From an uncultured Eubacteriales bacterium (GTDB lineage Bacteria > Acidobacteriota > Aminicenantia > Aminicenantales > CALLJL01), in assembly GCA_964627255.1 (NCBI GenBank), contig CAZVIN010000083.1, positions 86,114 to 150,113 of the forward strand: 64,000 nucleotides of DNA, given 5' to 3'. The notes below the pieces were generated by a model. It was not told where the DNA came from and did not search any database. It saw only the letters and a list, made by a program, of their open reading frames with translations. A program made the position numbers and the translations under genes. This document shows positions 17,312-26,534 of this stretch, one piece after another. Every line of letters starts with the position of its first letter. Position 1 is the stretch's first letter.

Positions 17312-18744
17312 ATCAATTAGCTTCTCTCGCCCCTCTGCTTCTGGTGCTTCTGGCTTCACTACTTATCCTTCTTTTAGAAGCCTTCGGCCGCTGGTCTCAA
17401 CGCATCTGGCACGCCACGGTCGCCATCACGGCGCTGATTGGCTCAATATTCCTGGCTCTTAATTGGTGGGAAAAAACAGCTACCTACTTTTCTGGTGCTT
17501 ACATAATGGATAATGTGGCGATTATTTTTATGGTCCTTTTTTCCTTAGCCGGAATCTTGGTCATTCTTCTTTCTTTCCCTTATATGGTTGACCATGGTTT
17601 TAACCGTGGAGAGTTCTTCTCTTTGCTCCTTTTGGCCATTACCGGTTTGATGATTATGGCTTCCTCTGAAGACTTGGTCGTTATTTTTCTCGGTCTAGAA
17701 ACATTGTCGGTAGCGAGTTATGTTTTGGCCGGGATGAAAAAACACGACGAAAAGTCATCGGAAGCAGCCATCAAATATTTTCTTTTGGGCAGTTTGGCTT
17801 CAGCCTTTATTGTTCTTGGATTAGCCTTTTTTTCGGCGCAAAATCAGAGTTTAAACCTGCAAGAGTTGACTTCGCTGGCGACTGATAAGCTGGAATCACC
17901 TCTTTTTCTCGCCGGTCTTTGCCTTCTCCTTGTTGGTTTCGGTTTTAAAGTGGCCCTGGTTCCGTTTCACATGTGGACGCCTGACGTTTATCAGGGAGCG
18001 CCGACGCCTATTACCGCCTTTTTTTCCGTCGGGCCCAAGGCGGCGGGTTTCCTGGTCCTTTTTAGACTTTTTTATTCCATTATGAAAATAGAGGCAGATG
18101 TTAGCAGTATTCAGACCATCCTTTGGATTTTGAGTGTCCTGACGATGGTCGTTGGTAATTTGATTGCGCTTCGCCAGAAAAATGTGAAGCGGCTTTTAGC
18201 TTATTCTTCAATTGCCCACGCTGGCTACCTCGCTATTGCTCTTTTATCTCGTGATGGCCAGGGTTTAACCTTTTATTTACTGGCTTATCTTTTTATGAAC
18301 GTCGGGGCCTTTGCCGTTCTGGTAGCCTTGAGTGCCAAGGGACAGGAATTTCATGAACTAGAAGATTTCAACGGCCTGGGAGAACGAAGGCCGTGGCTGG
18401 CAGCGGCCATGTCAGTTTTTCTTCTTTCTCTGGCGGGCTTCCCGCCGACCGCCGGGTTCTTGGCTAAATTTTATATCTTCAGCACGGCGGTGAAGCAGGG
18501 TTTTACCTCATTAATCATTATCGCTGTCCTGGCCTCCTTAGTCTCGGTTTATTATTACCTGCGAGTAATCGTTCATATGTATATGATCAAAGAGGCCCCT
18601 GCTCTACCTGCTATGAAAGCTGAACCACCTCTTCTTCTGATCGTCATCTTTTTCTGTCTATACGGCGTTTTTCAGTTAGGTCTCTTTCCTGCCAGATTGA
18701 TAAGTCTCATTCGCCAAGCTCTGACTACTTCTTCTCTCCCCTAA
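17308..18744 (+). CDS. nuoN: NADH-quinone oxidoreductase subunit N
   Basis: 478 aa antiporter-like subunit (ND2 family). Start overlaps the nuoM stop. Confidence 0.8.
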   Translation: MNQLASLAPLLLVLLASLLILLLEAFGRWSQRIWHATVAITALIGSIFLALNWWEKTATYFSGAYIMDNVAIIFMVLFSLAGILVILLSFPYMVDHGFNRGEFFSLLLLAITGLMIMASSEDLVVIFLGLETLSVASYVLAGMKKHDEKSSEAAIKYFLLGSLASAFIVLGLAFFSAQNQSLNLQELTSLATDKLESPLFLAGLCLLLVGFGFKVALVPFHMWTPDVYQGAPTPITAFFSVGPKAAGFLVLFRLFYSIMKIEADVSSIQTILWILSVLTMVVGNLIALRQKNVKRLLAYSSIAHAGYLAIALLSRDGQGLTFYLLAYLFMNVGAFAVLVALSAKGQEFHELEDFNGLGERRPWLAAAMSVFLLSLAGFPPTAGFLAKFYIFSTAVKQGFTSLIIIAVLASLVSVYYYLRVIVHMYMIKEAPALPAMKAEPPLLLIVIFFCLYGVFQLGLFPARLISLIRQALTTSSLP

Positions 18745-19063
18745 GTTAAAAGGTTATCTTCGTTCTTATGGGGCTGGGAAATGAGGCGTTTAAAATAACT
18801 TTACTTCGTTTCTGAACTTTGGCGTCGTTTCGTCCTCACACTCCCCCTAAAGCAGCCGAAATTTGCCTCCCTGGTCATAGGCACACTCTTGAAACAATCT
18901 AAGTCCTCTTGGCCAGTCACTCGAATCTATACATTGCCCTCAATAAGGGCGAATAGTTGTTTGACTCTGTTCTTTGAGAATTTATTTTAAATACTCGACA
19001 TGGGGCGTACCTAGTTGGCACCAATTTTTAACCCCTTAAAATGAAAAGGACCCTTTAAGAAAA

Positions 19064-19456
19064 TTGGTTGGAGCCGACCGTAAGCCGAATTCTGTTCTCG
19101 CCGACTGGCGGGCGAGGGCGGTTATTCGTCTTGTCTTCTGATTGCTCAGAAGCTTAAGCGACCTACCCGCCCCCAGGAGGCGGGCCACCTCAACGGGGGC
19201 CTGTTTGGTCTTGCTCCGGATGGGGTTTGCCTTGCCCCTGATGTCACCATCAAGGCGGTGAGCTCTTACCTCGCCGTTTCACCCTTGCCTGAGGAAACTT
19301 AATAAGCTTCCCTTCGGCGGTCTGTTCTCTGTGGCACTTTCCTCCGGTCACCCGGAGTCGCGGTTAGCGACCATCCTGCCCTGTGGAGTTCGGACTTTCC
19401 TCCCCTCCTTTATCTGAAGACGAAGGAGGAGCAACCGCCTCATCGGCTCCAACCAC
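19064..19456 (-). ncRNA. rnpB: RNase P RNA, bacterial type A
   Basis: The reverse complement contains the universal P4 and flanking blocks 'GGAGGGGAGGAAAGTCCGAAC', 'AGGGTGAAACGGCGAGGTAAGAGCTCACC', 'ACAGAATTCGGCTTA' and 'CCGGAGCAAGACCAAACAGG'. The P1 helix pairs TTGGAGCCGA at the 5' end with TCGGCTCCAA at the 3' end. Confidence 0.9.
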
Positions 19457-20824
19457 TATCTTTATACCATATTGGGCCATTTTTTTGTAGAGGTTACTGC
19501 GAGGCGTCGCAATGGCTCGGGCAGTCTTAGATATATTCCAATTATTTTCTTCTAATTTAGTCAGGATAAAAGCTTTTTCGGCTGCTTCACGGAATTCTTG
19601 GAGTGTTTTGGCCATTTTATCGACAGGCAAGGACGGTGCGGACTTTCCTTGAACGTAATCTGGCAGATGATATCTTTCAATGACTTCACCCTCCACCATG
19701 ATCAACAGCCTCTCCACCAAATTCTTTAATTCTCTAACATTCCCCTTCCAAGAATATTGTTTCATCGCCTCGAGGGCTTCAGCCGAAAACCGCTTTGGCC
19801 GAAAATTGTTCTCCTCGGCAAATAAACGGCCAAAGTAATCAACCAGGAGCGGGATATCCTCGCGATGCTCACGGAGCGGAGGGGAAGTGATAGGAATAAC
19901 ATTAAGTCGAAAATAGAGGTCTTCCCGGAAATGGCCGGCCCGAATTTCGGCCGACAAGTTCTTGTTGGTTGCGGCTATCACCCGCACATCGACCTTAATT
20001 ATCCGGCTTGAGCCGACTCGCTGAACTTCGCCTTGTTCCAAAACGCGGAGAACCTTGGATTGGGTTTTAAGGCTCATGTCCCCAATTTCATCCAAAAAGA
20101 TCGTTCCGCCGTCAGCCAACTCAAATTTGCCCAATTTCTTTTCAGTAGCGCCGGTGAAAGCCCCCTTTTCATGACCGAAGAGCTCGCTTTCAATCAGTTC
20201 TTCGGGGATGGCGGCGCAATTAACCTGAATAAACTTCTCCTTAGCCCTTAGGCTATTCTCATGGATAGCTCGAGCAATGAGTTCTTTGCCGGTGCCACTC
20301 TCGCCATGAATAAGAACCGTGGCATTCGTTGGCGCGGCGCGCAAAATATCCTCCCAGAGTTTTTTCATTAACGGATGATTGCCGATAAGTTCGTACCGTT
20401 TTTCCGTGCGGCAGCGAAGGTCGAAATATTCGCGGCGCAACCGGTTTTGATAAAGAGCGTTGCGCAGGCTGAGAAGAACCCTGTCTCTTTCTAAGGGTTT
20501 CTCGAGAAAATCAAAAGCTCCCAGCTTGGTGCTTTCAACCGCGGTTTGAATCGTGCCATGGCCTGAAATCATAATTACTTCAGGCGGGAAGGGCCGTTTT
20601 TTTACCTCGGCTAAAACATCAAGACCGCTTCTTCCTGGCAGTTTGACATCAAGAAGAACCACGTCAATTCGGGCTACTTCTTCTAACAAGCTAAGGGCTT
20701 CTTCTGAGTCGGCCGCTTCCAGGACTTCGTAGCCTTCATAGGCAAGAATCATTCGCAGAGATTTGCGAATACCCTCCTCGTCATCAACAATGAGCACCCG
20801 GGCAATTGGCCCTTTATTTTTCAT
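19364..20824 (-). CDS. Sigma-54-dependent response regulator (NtrC family: REC, AAA+ sigma-54 activator domain, Fis-type HTH)
   Basis: REC 'VLIVDDEEGIRKSL...VVLLDVKLPG'. Walker A 'GESGTGKE'. GAFTGA motif 'EKGAFTGA'. 'ESELFGHEKGAFTG'. C-terminal HTH 'ISKTARAIATPRSNLYKKM'. The 3' ~90 nt (a low-complexity tail) overlap rnpB on the same strand. Confidence 0.85.
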   Translation of the reverse strand: MKNKGPIARVLIVDDEEGIRKSLRMILAYEGYEVLEAADSEEALSLLEEVARIDVVLLDVKLPGRSGLDVLAEVKKRPFPPEVIMISGHGTIQTAVESTKLGAFDFLEKPLERDRVLLSLRNALYQNRLRREYFDLRCRTEKRYELIGNHPLMKKLWEDILRAAPTNATVLIHGESGTGKELIARAIHENSLRAKEKFIQVNCAAIPEELIESELFGHEKGAFTGATEKKLGKFELADGGTIFLDEIGDMSLKTQSKVLRVLEQGEVQRVGSSRIIKVDVRVIAATNKNLSAEIRAGHFREDLYFRLNVIPITSPPLREHREDIPLLVDYFGRLFAEENNFRPKRFSAEALEAMKQYSWKGNVRELKNLVERLLIMVEGEVIERYHLPDYVQGKSAPSLPVDKMAKTLQEFREAAEKAFILTKLEENNWNISKTARAIATPRSNLYKKMAQYGIKIVVGADEAVAPPSSSDKGGEESPNSTGQDGR

Positions 20825-21462
20825 TCCCTCTTCCCTAATTTAATTTATCCGTAATTGCGGCTTTTATTGCCAATAGCCATTTTAACATATTTTTTTAGGC
20901 TTAGGGAGGTTTCAGTCGAAACTCGGCGAAGCTCCTTTAAAAAAGAAAGATAAACTTTATCGATTTCGCTCATTCCAGGTTTATTTTAAAGCGGAAGCAA
21001 TTTTTAATTCTTAAATTTAACACTTCCAATTAATTCTTTTTCTCCGAGAAATACTTATCAACAATTTAGCCAGAGGGGTGAACTGTTTCGAAAAAATAAG
21101 AGCGCTGGCGGCAAAATAATGAACCCCGAATTAGATTAAAGCGTAGGATTTTTGCTTCACTTTTCGCGGCTGACCCTAAATGGGGTTCTTTCGCCAAAAG
21201 GATGGTGATTTATTAAGCTTATATCGGCTCTATTTCTTTTAAAAACAAGGGGATACAAGATTAGAAGCCGAACATAGACCCGCTTTGAGATTGAAGGACA
21301 ATTTATGGCCCTTCTGGCCTATAAAAGGGAATTAGCGTAATGCATTATAGAATCCCCCTCTTCCCCAACTAAAAAAAATCTCATTTAAAGCGAAAAAAGC
21401 TGAATATTCATGATAAAAAAGCCCTTGATACCACCACTTTTTAAGAACATTCCCCTAAATAA

Positions 21463-22956
21463 TTGACAGTCCCTGATAAGATGGTTAAAGTATCAAAAAG
21501 GACACAGAACACTATTTCTAGCCCAGATTTGAAAATGGGTTTTATATCACAGAGCTGCCAGAAATTCCTTTTTATTAGCCTCCTCGGTATTTTAGCCTCG
21601 ACTATTTTATCGCCGCTAATTTTAGAGCCCCTCGGCCTTTTCCCTTCGTCCCCCCAGCCTCCCGAGCCCAAGGAAGTTGCCTTTACCTTAGATAACAAAC
21701 TGCGGGTACTTCTAATTGACCGCCCCAATTCTCCCTTAGTCCATTTAGTCCTGGCAGTTGGTTTTGGCTCAAGAGATGAAACCCCCGAAGCTTATGGGCT
21801 GGCCCACTGTCTTGAACACGTGGTTCTTTTTCGAGGAACAAGGTCCAAGAGTATTGAGGCAATTAATCGTTCCCTCCGGCAAAAGGGCGCTTGGGTCAAC
21901 GGCCATACCAGCCGGGACTTAACTCTTTTTGAACTTTCTTTGCCGGCAAAGGCGTTGGCCGTGGGGCTTCAGGATTTTATCGACCTCGTTTTTAACGCCC
22001 AATTGGAGGAAGCAGAGCTTGAGCAAGAAAAAGAGGTCATTCTCGAGGAAATGAACCTGCAGGCTTCAGAACCTCTTTCTCTGGCTGTTTCTATCGCTTA
22101 TGAAAATCTTTTCCCGGACCATCCCTACGCTCATCCCCTTATCGGGACAAAGGAAACAATTGGCCAGCTCACAGCCGCGAAGGTTATGGAAGCCTATCAT
22201 CGTTATTATACCCCAGCGAATTGTGCCCTGACTGTAGTTGGCGATTTGAACCGAGGCCAGCTCGAGAAGATAATCAGGGATTATTTTGGTCAACTCAAAG
22301 GCGATAAAGTTAGCCGCCCGCCTATCGGCTCCCCGGCTCCGTTGGCCAAAACGACTCGTATCACCAAGGAATTAGATGAGTCACAAAGCCATTTGCTTAT
22401 TGCCTTTAGAGCGCCCAACTTCAGCCAGGTAGAGCAGTACTCTTTTGATTTATTAACTGCTATTTTAGGCCGAGGTCTTAACCCTCTTTTGGCCTTAGCC
22501 CTGGCCGCGAGAAGAGTCCCTTTGGCTAATTTAGCCATTTCCTATTATTCCCATCAATTTAGTGGAGTGTTTTTAATTCATTTAACTGTCGAGGCCAAAT
22601 ATGCCTCCAGCGCGGAAAACGAGGCTCTCCGTTTCCTGCGTCAGCTCTATCGGGAAAATTTTTCTCCTGATGATGTTCTAGGAGAAACCAGAGATTATGT
22701 TTATGACTTTCTCCAAAGTGCCAAGAACCTGGTTAAGTTGAACGCCGCCAGGTCCTTAGAGGACGGCTTATCCTTGGCGGCTGCAGTCGCAAGCTATCTT
22801 TTATTGTTAGGAGAAATCCAGTTGCCTTCTTACTTAGAAACAATTGACCGGCTCCAATCTTCCGACCTCCGCCAGACAGCTTCTCGGTATCTGGGCCGGC
22901 CCGAGGCAGTCGTTGTTGTTATCAACCAGAAGAAAAAAGCTGAAAAAGAAAAATAA
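21463..22956 (+). CDS. M16-family zinc peptidase (pitrilysin/insulinase-like), active subunit
   Basis: Inverted zinc-binding motif HxxEH in 'GLAHCLEHVVF'. Signal-peptide-like N-terminus; the true start may be the Met at 21532. Confidence 0.8.
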   Translation: MTVPDKMVKVSKRTQNTISSPDLKMGFISQSCQKFLFISLLGILASTILSPLILEPLGLFPSSPQPPEPKEVAFTLDNKLRVLLIDRPNSPLVHLVLAVGFGSRDETPEAYGLAHCLEHVVLFRGTRSKSIEAINRSLRQKGAWVNGHTSRDLTLFELSLPAKALAVGLQDFIDLVFNAQLEEAELEQEKEVILEEMNLQASEPLSLAVSIAYENLFPDHPYAHPLIGTKETIGQLTAAKVMEAYHRYYTPANCALTVVGDLNRGQLEKIIRDYFGQLKGDKVSRPPIGSPAPLAKTTRITKELDESQSHLLIAFRAPNFSQVEQYSFDLLTAILGRGLNPLLALALAARRVPLANLAISYYSHQFSGVFLIHLTVEAKYASSAENEALRFLRQLYRENFSPDDVLGETRDYVYDFLQSAKNLVKLNAARSLEDGLSLAAAVASYLLLLGEIQLPSYLETIDRLQSSDLRQTASRYLGRPEAVVVVINQKKKAEKEK

Positions 22957-22968
22957 AGGGAAAACAAG

Positions 22969-24312
22969 ATGGCTTTTGGACCGAGATATTGGAGACAGCG
23001 CAAATCCTTTTTTTCTCGCCTGACCTTCAAGGTTTTGACCTGTTTTTTTCTCTTATTCCCCCTTCACTTTTTTCAGGTCTTTTTGCTCGGAGCAGAGGTT
23101 ACAACTTTAGAAAATGGGCTCACCTTAATCATCGATAAAAATGAAATTAATAATTTGACGGCCCTTTGCCTCCTCGCCAGTGGTGGCCGGCTAACTGAAC
23201 CCCCTGGCAAGGAGGGTTTAGGTTATTTAGTGCTTCGACTGGGGCTCGACCCGCCTGATTCTGGTTATCTTCGGGAATTTATGAAAACCGGAGCCGAGAC
23301 CAGGGTCTCCTCTCGCGGTGATTTTCTGTTGATTTCAGTGGAATGCCCTTCCGCGCAATTTGAACCTACGCTAAGGCTTATTCATCGCACTCTAAGCCGG
23401 CCTATTTTTTCTGGGATTAGGATAAGCAGCTTAAAACAGATAATGAAAAATAGCCAAAAGAAGGAAACCGACGACGTCGACTCTCTAGCTGAAGCTTCTT
23501 TACTTGCTGCCTTTTTTGGGCCCAAAGGGTATGGAGCCAGTAGCTTCGGAACAGAAGCATCCGTCGAGGCGATTAAGGGAGAGGATGTTTCCGCTTATTA
23601 TCGCCGGCATTTTGTTGGTTCGAACCTAATCCTTTCGGTTGTTTCTGACCTGGAACCAGAAAAAATCAAGTCTGTGATTAAGGCTACATTTGGAGGTTGG
23701 ACCAAGGGAGAAACAATAACCCCTCCGCTTCCCGAAATTCAGCTGCCTGAAAATAAGGAAATTAACTTGGAAAAAGAGGCCACGACGGCTTATTTGGCCG
23801 TCGCCTTCCCTTTGCCTCCGCTAACTCAGGACAATTTTGTTTTGGCTCATATTTTAGAACAGAGCCTCGGAGGTGGTCCGGAAGCGAAAGTCTGGCCGCT
23901 GCGCTGGCGGGAAAAATTGGCCTACGAAGTCGGTTCCAAGGCCATTCTTATGAAATCGGGGGGCTGCCTTTTTATTTATCTTAAGACCTTATCTACCAAG
24001 CTCTCCTTGGCCAAAGAAAAGCTTCAAGAGATGATAGAAGCTATAGCCCAGAATGGATTGACTCCAGAAGAGGTGGAAATAGGTCGCGAGGCTTACCGTT
24101 TTTCAGTTTATAAGAGCCAGGAGATGAAAAAACCGCGAGCCGAGGCTCTGGCTCTTTATTCAGGTTTTGGCTGGGGAATTGATTTTGAAAATTTTATTCT
24201 GAATAAGATTGACAACCTTGGCTGGGAGGAGATTTCTGCCTTTATTTCCACCGTCGTCGATTTAAAACGAGCCGTGTTTTTAACTATTGGCCCTAAGGGA
24301 GTGGCCAATTAA
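22969..24312 (+). CDS. M16-family peptidase-like protein lacking HxxEH (probable non-catalytic partner subunit)
   Basis: M16 fold-like sequence following an active M16 gene. No HxxEH motif. N-terminal hydrophobic segment. Confidence 0.65.
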   Translation: MAFGPRYWRQRKSFFSRLTFKVLTCFFLLFPLHFFQVFLLGAEVTTLENGLTLIIDKNEINNLTALCLLASGGRLTEPPGKEGLGYLVLRLGLDPPDSGYLREFMKTGAETRVSSRGDFLLISVECPSAQFEPTLRLIHRTLSRPIFSGIRISSLKQIMKNSQKKETDDVDSLAEASLLAAFFGPKGYGASSFGTEASVEAIKGEDVSAYYRRHFVGSNLILSVVSDLEPEKIKSVIKATFGGWTKGETITPPLPEIQLPENKEINLEKEATTAYLAVAFPLPPLTQDNFVLAHILEQSLGGGPEAKVWPLRWREKLAYEVGSKAILMKSGGCLFIYLKTLSTKLSLAKEKLQEMIEAIAQNGLTPEEVEIGREAYRFSVYKSQEMKKPRAEALALYSGFGWGIDFENFILNKIDNLGWEEISAFISTVVDLKRAVFLTIGPKGVAN

Positions 24313-25177
24313 GATGGGATGAGCTTCCTCGGGCAATTTTTTTGGCCACTTCTCGAAAATCAGCTTGAGTACCTTCGAATTCAAGGAGTACTGATTTATT
24401 CTCACCTCTAAGTTGCAGCCGCAGCTCTAGGTTGGCGGAAATCCAGCGGGTTTGATAATTGAGATGGCCTAAGCTGACGGCATAGCCCCAGCTGAGCTCA
24501 TCATACTTAAAAGTCGGGTTCTCCCAGTTAACTGAATCCTCAAACGGCGGGCCAAACTTTTCTTGAAGATAGCCTTTGATTTGGTCATAAGTCTGCAAGG
24601 CAGCGTTCTTCTCTCCCGCCACTTGCCAGAGCTCGAGCCGCACCTGAATCAAGCGATTATCGCTGAAAACATAATCCAGATGAGTTTCATAGCCCCTAAG
24701 GCTGTGGTTATATTCTAATACCTCAAGATTCTCCAACCGCCTCTCGTTTTCAGGCTTGCCTTCGATTGCAATTATCTTTTCTTTGGACACTCCCCAAAGG
24801 TCTGGTTCCAGATGACCTAAGGGCGAGTAAAATAGAAGCGAGCCTTCGTCACCCTTGATGGTGATTATCCTTTGCGCCTGGAAGAGGGGTTCCACGGCTG
24901 TTTCCTGTATATAACCTGATTTTGTCACCCCTGCCGAAGATTTATAGCTCACGTAATACCAAGAAAATTTAAACTTGCCTGGAGAAAGCAAGCCAACAAT
25001 TGCTCCCTTTTCTATAATATCCAGAATCGGACTTTTCTCATCAGGACTAAGGTGGAGATTAGCTCTGTCGGCAATAACTCGCATTTTTTTATCGGCAGAA
25101 AATGTCAGACCTACTATCATAAACAAGCCAATTAAAATGAAGATTATCGCCATCACCCCTTTGGGACTTTTTATCAT
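24293..25177 (-). CDS. Membrane-anchored hypothetical protein with SH3b-like N-terminal domain
   Basis: N-terminal TM/signal anchor 'MAIIFILIGLFMIVGLTF'. The segment 'ANLHLSPDEKSPILDIIEKGAIVGLL...WYYVSY' resembles a bacterial SH3 domain. The remainder is unassigned. Confidence 0.45.
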   Translation of the reverse strand: MIKSPKGVMAIIFILIGLFMIVGLTFSADKKMRVIADRANLHLSPDEKSPILDIIEKGAIVGLLSPGKFKFSWYYVSYKSSAGVTKSGYIQETAVEPLFQAQRIITIKGDEGSLLFYSPLGHLEPDLWGVSKEKIIAIEGKPENERRLENLEVLEYNHSLRGYETHLDYVFSDNRLIQVRLELWQVAGEKNAALQTYDQIKGYLQEKFGPPFEDSVNWENPTFKYDELSWGYAVSLGHLNYQTRWISANLELRLQLRGENKSVLLEFEGTQADFREVAKKIARGSSSHLNWPLP

Positions 25178-25585
25178 GCGAAATCTCCTTTAATTGCAGA
25201 CTTGGTCCCTATGACAAAATAAATTTTGCGTCAAAGGCTAAATTAGGTCTATCGCCCTTTGGGGTGAAACGAAGGATGAATTTGAACCTAATCGGGGTTA
25301 TTACCCTATTTTAAGGTTACCCCAGTTTAATTCACCCCACGCAAGCCGTAATAATCCGGCTCTAGGTTTAGATTTAATTTGCTCCTGAGGAAAAAATGGT
25401 TCCCTTCCAAACAGATAAAGGTTGCTTAGGCTGCCACCGTGAAGAAGCAGGAAGGAGACACGGCGGGGAAAATCTAAACAGGAATACGACCAACCTGGAG
25501 CGTCGTTGCTTCCCTTGCAGGATAATGGAGAACCAAAAAGTTGAAAAGGAAGCCTTTTCGCTTCAGAACTTAACTCCGATTCAAC

Positions 25586-26521
25586 CTATTTTAGTTCGGC
25601 TAACTGGTTAAGTTCTTCCCATTCTTTATCCACCTGCTGTTGGATCGCCTCAACGATCCAGGCATTTTCTTCTTTGAAAAGGTGACGGAATCGCCCCTGA
25701 GGTTTCAGCCATTCAGTTACAGGTAGCTTTTGTTTGGGCTTATAATTAAGCCTATATTTGCCTTCTTCAACCTCATAAAGCGGCCAGACGCAAGTATCAT
25801 TGGCTATTTGGGCCAATTTAATGCCCTGGGATTCCTCATATTTCCATTCAGTGGGACAGGGACACAAAACGTTTAAAAAGGCCGGCCCTTCAACCTCAAA
25901 AGCCTTCTTCGCCTTATTAAACAGGTCCAGCCATTTATTCGGGCTTGCTTGGGCCACATAGGGAATCTTGTGAGCGGCCATGATTTTCGTCAGGTCTTTG
26001 CGAGACTGGAGTTTACCAGGACTGGAAGCGCCAGCTGGAGCCGTAGTGGCTGAAGCGCCAAAAGGCGTAGCTGAAGAGCGCTGACCACCAGTATTGGCAT
26101 AGACATTATTGTCGTAACAGACATAGACAAAATCATGGCCTCTTTCAGCCGCGCCCGAAAGAGCTTGGAGGCCTATATCATAGGTGCCGCCATCGCCGCC
26201 GATAGCCAAAAATTTAATCTTTTTTTCCGCCGGGATTCGGCCTTTATTTTTTAGGGCCCGGTACATAGCTTCGATTCCGGCGGCTGTGGCCGCCGCGTTT
26301 TCAAAGGCACTGTGAACCCAAGTGACATTCCAAGCCGTGCGCGGAAAAATGGTGGTACAAACTTCAAGACAGCCTGTAGCGTTGGAAATTATCAGCGGGT
26401 CCTCGGTAGCTCGCAGGATGACCTTAAAAATAATCGGAATACCGCAGCCAAGGCACATCCCATGACCAGCCACCAGCCGGTCTTCCATTTGAGCCAAATC
26501 TTTAAGTCTTACTGCCGCCAT
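25586..26521 (-). CDS. porB: 2-oxoacid:ferredoxin oxidoreductase, beta (TPP-binding) subunit
   Basis: 'GCGIPI' and the 'GGDGGTYDIG' TPP-binding motif. 311 aa. Specificity (pyruvate, 2-ketoisovalerate or 2-oxoglutarate) cannot be called from sequence alone. Confidence 0.8.
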   Translation of the reverse strand: MAAVRLKDLAQMEDRLVAGHGMCLGCGIPIIFKVILRATEDPLIISNATGCLEVCTTIFPRTAWNVTWVHSAFENAAATAAGIEAMYRALKNKGRIPAEKKIKFLAIGGDGGTYDIGLQALSGAAERGHDFVYVCYDNNVYANTGGQRSSATPFGASATTAPAGASSPGKLQSRKDLTKIMAAHKIPYVAQASPNKWLDLFNKAKKAFEVEGPAFLNVLCPCPTEWKYEESQGIKLAQIANDTCVWPLYEVEEGKYRLNYKPKQKLPVTEWLKPQGRFRHLFKEENAWIVEAIQQQVDKEWEELNQLAELK

Positions 26522-26534
26522 TGAAGTCCTCCTT

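Noticed and set aside
25228-25305. Possible tRNA (T-arm-like GGTTCAAATTCATCC and 7-bp acceptor-like terminal pairing)
   Set aside because: It cannot be folded into a cloverleaf with D and anticodon arms, so I do not call a tRNA. It is kept only as a structured element in the findings.
25430-25475. SRP-RNA-like purine-rich block (GAAGCAGGAAGGAG)
   Set aside because: The order and spacing of the conserved helix-8 nucleotides do not match 4.5S RNA.
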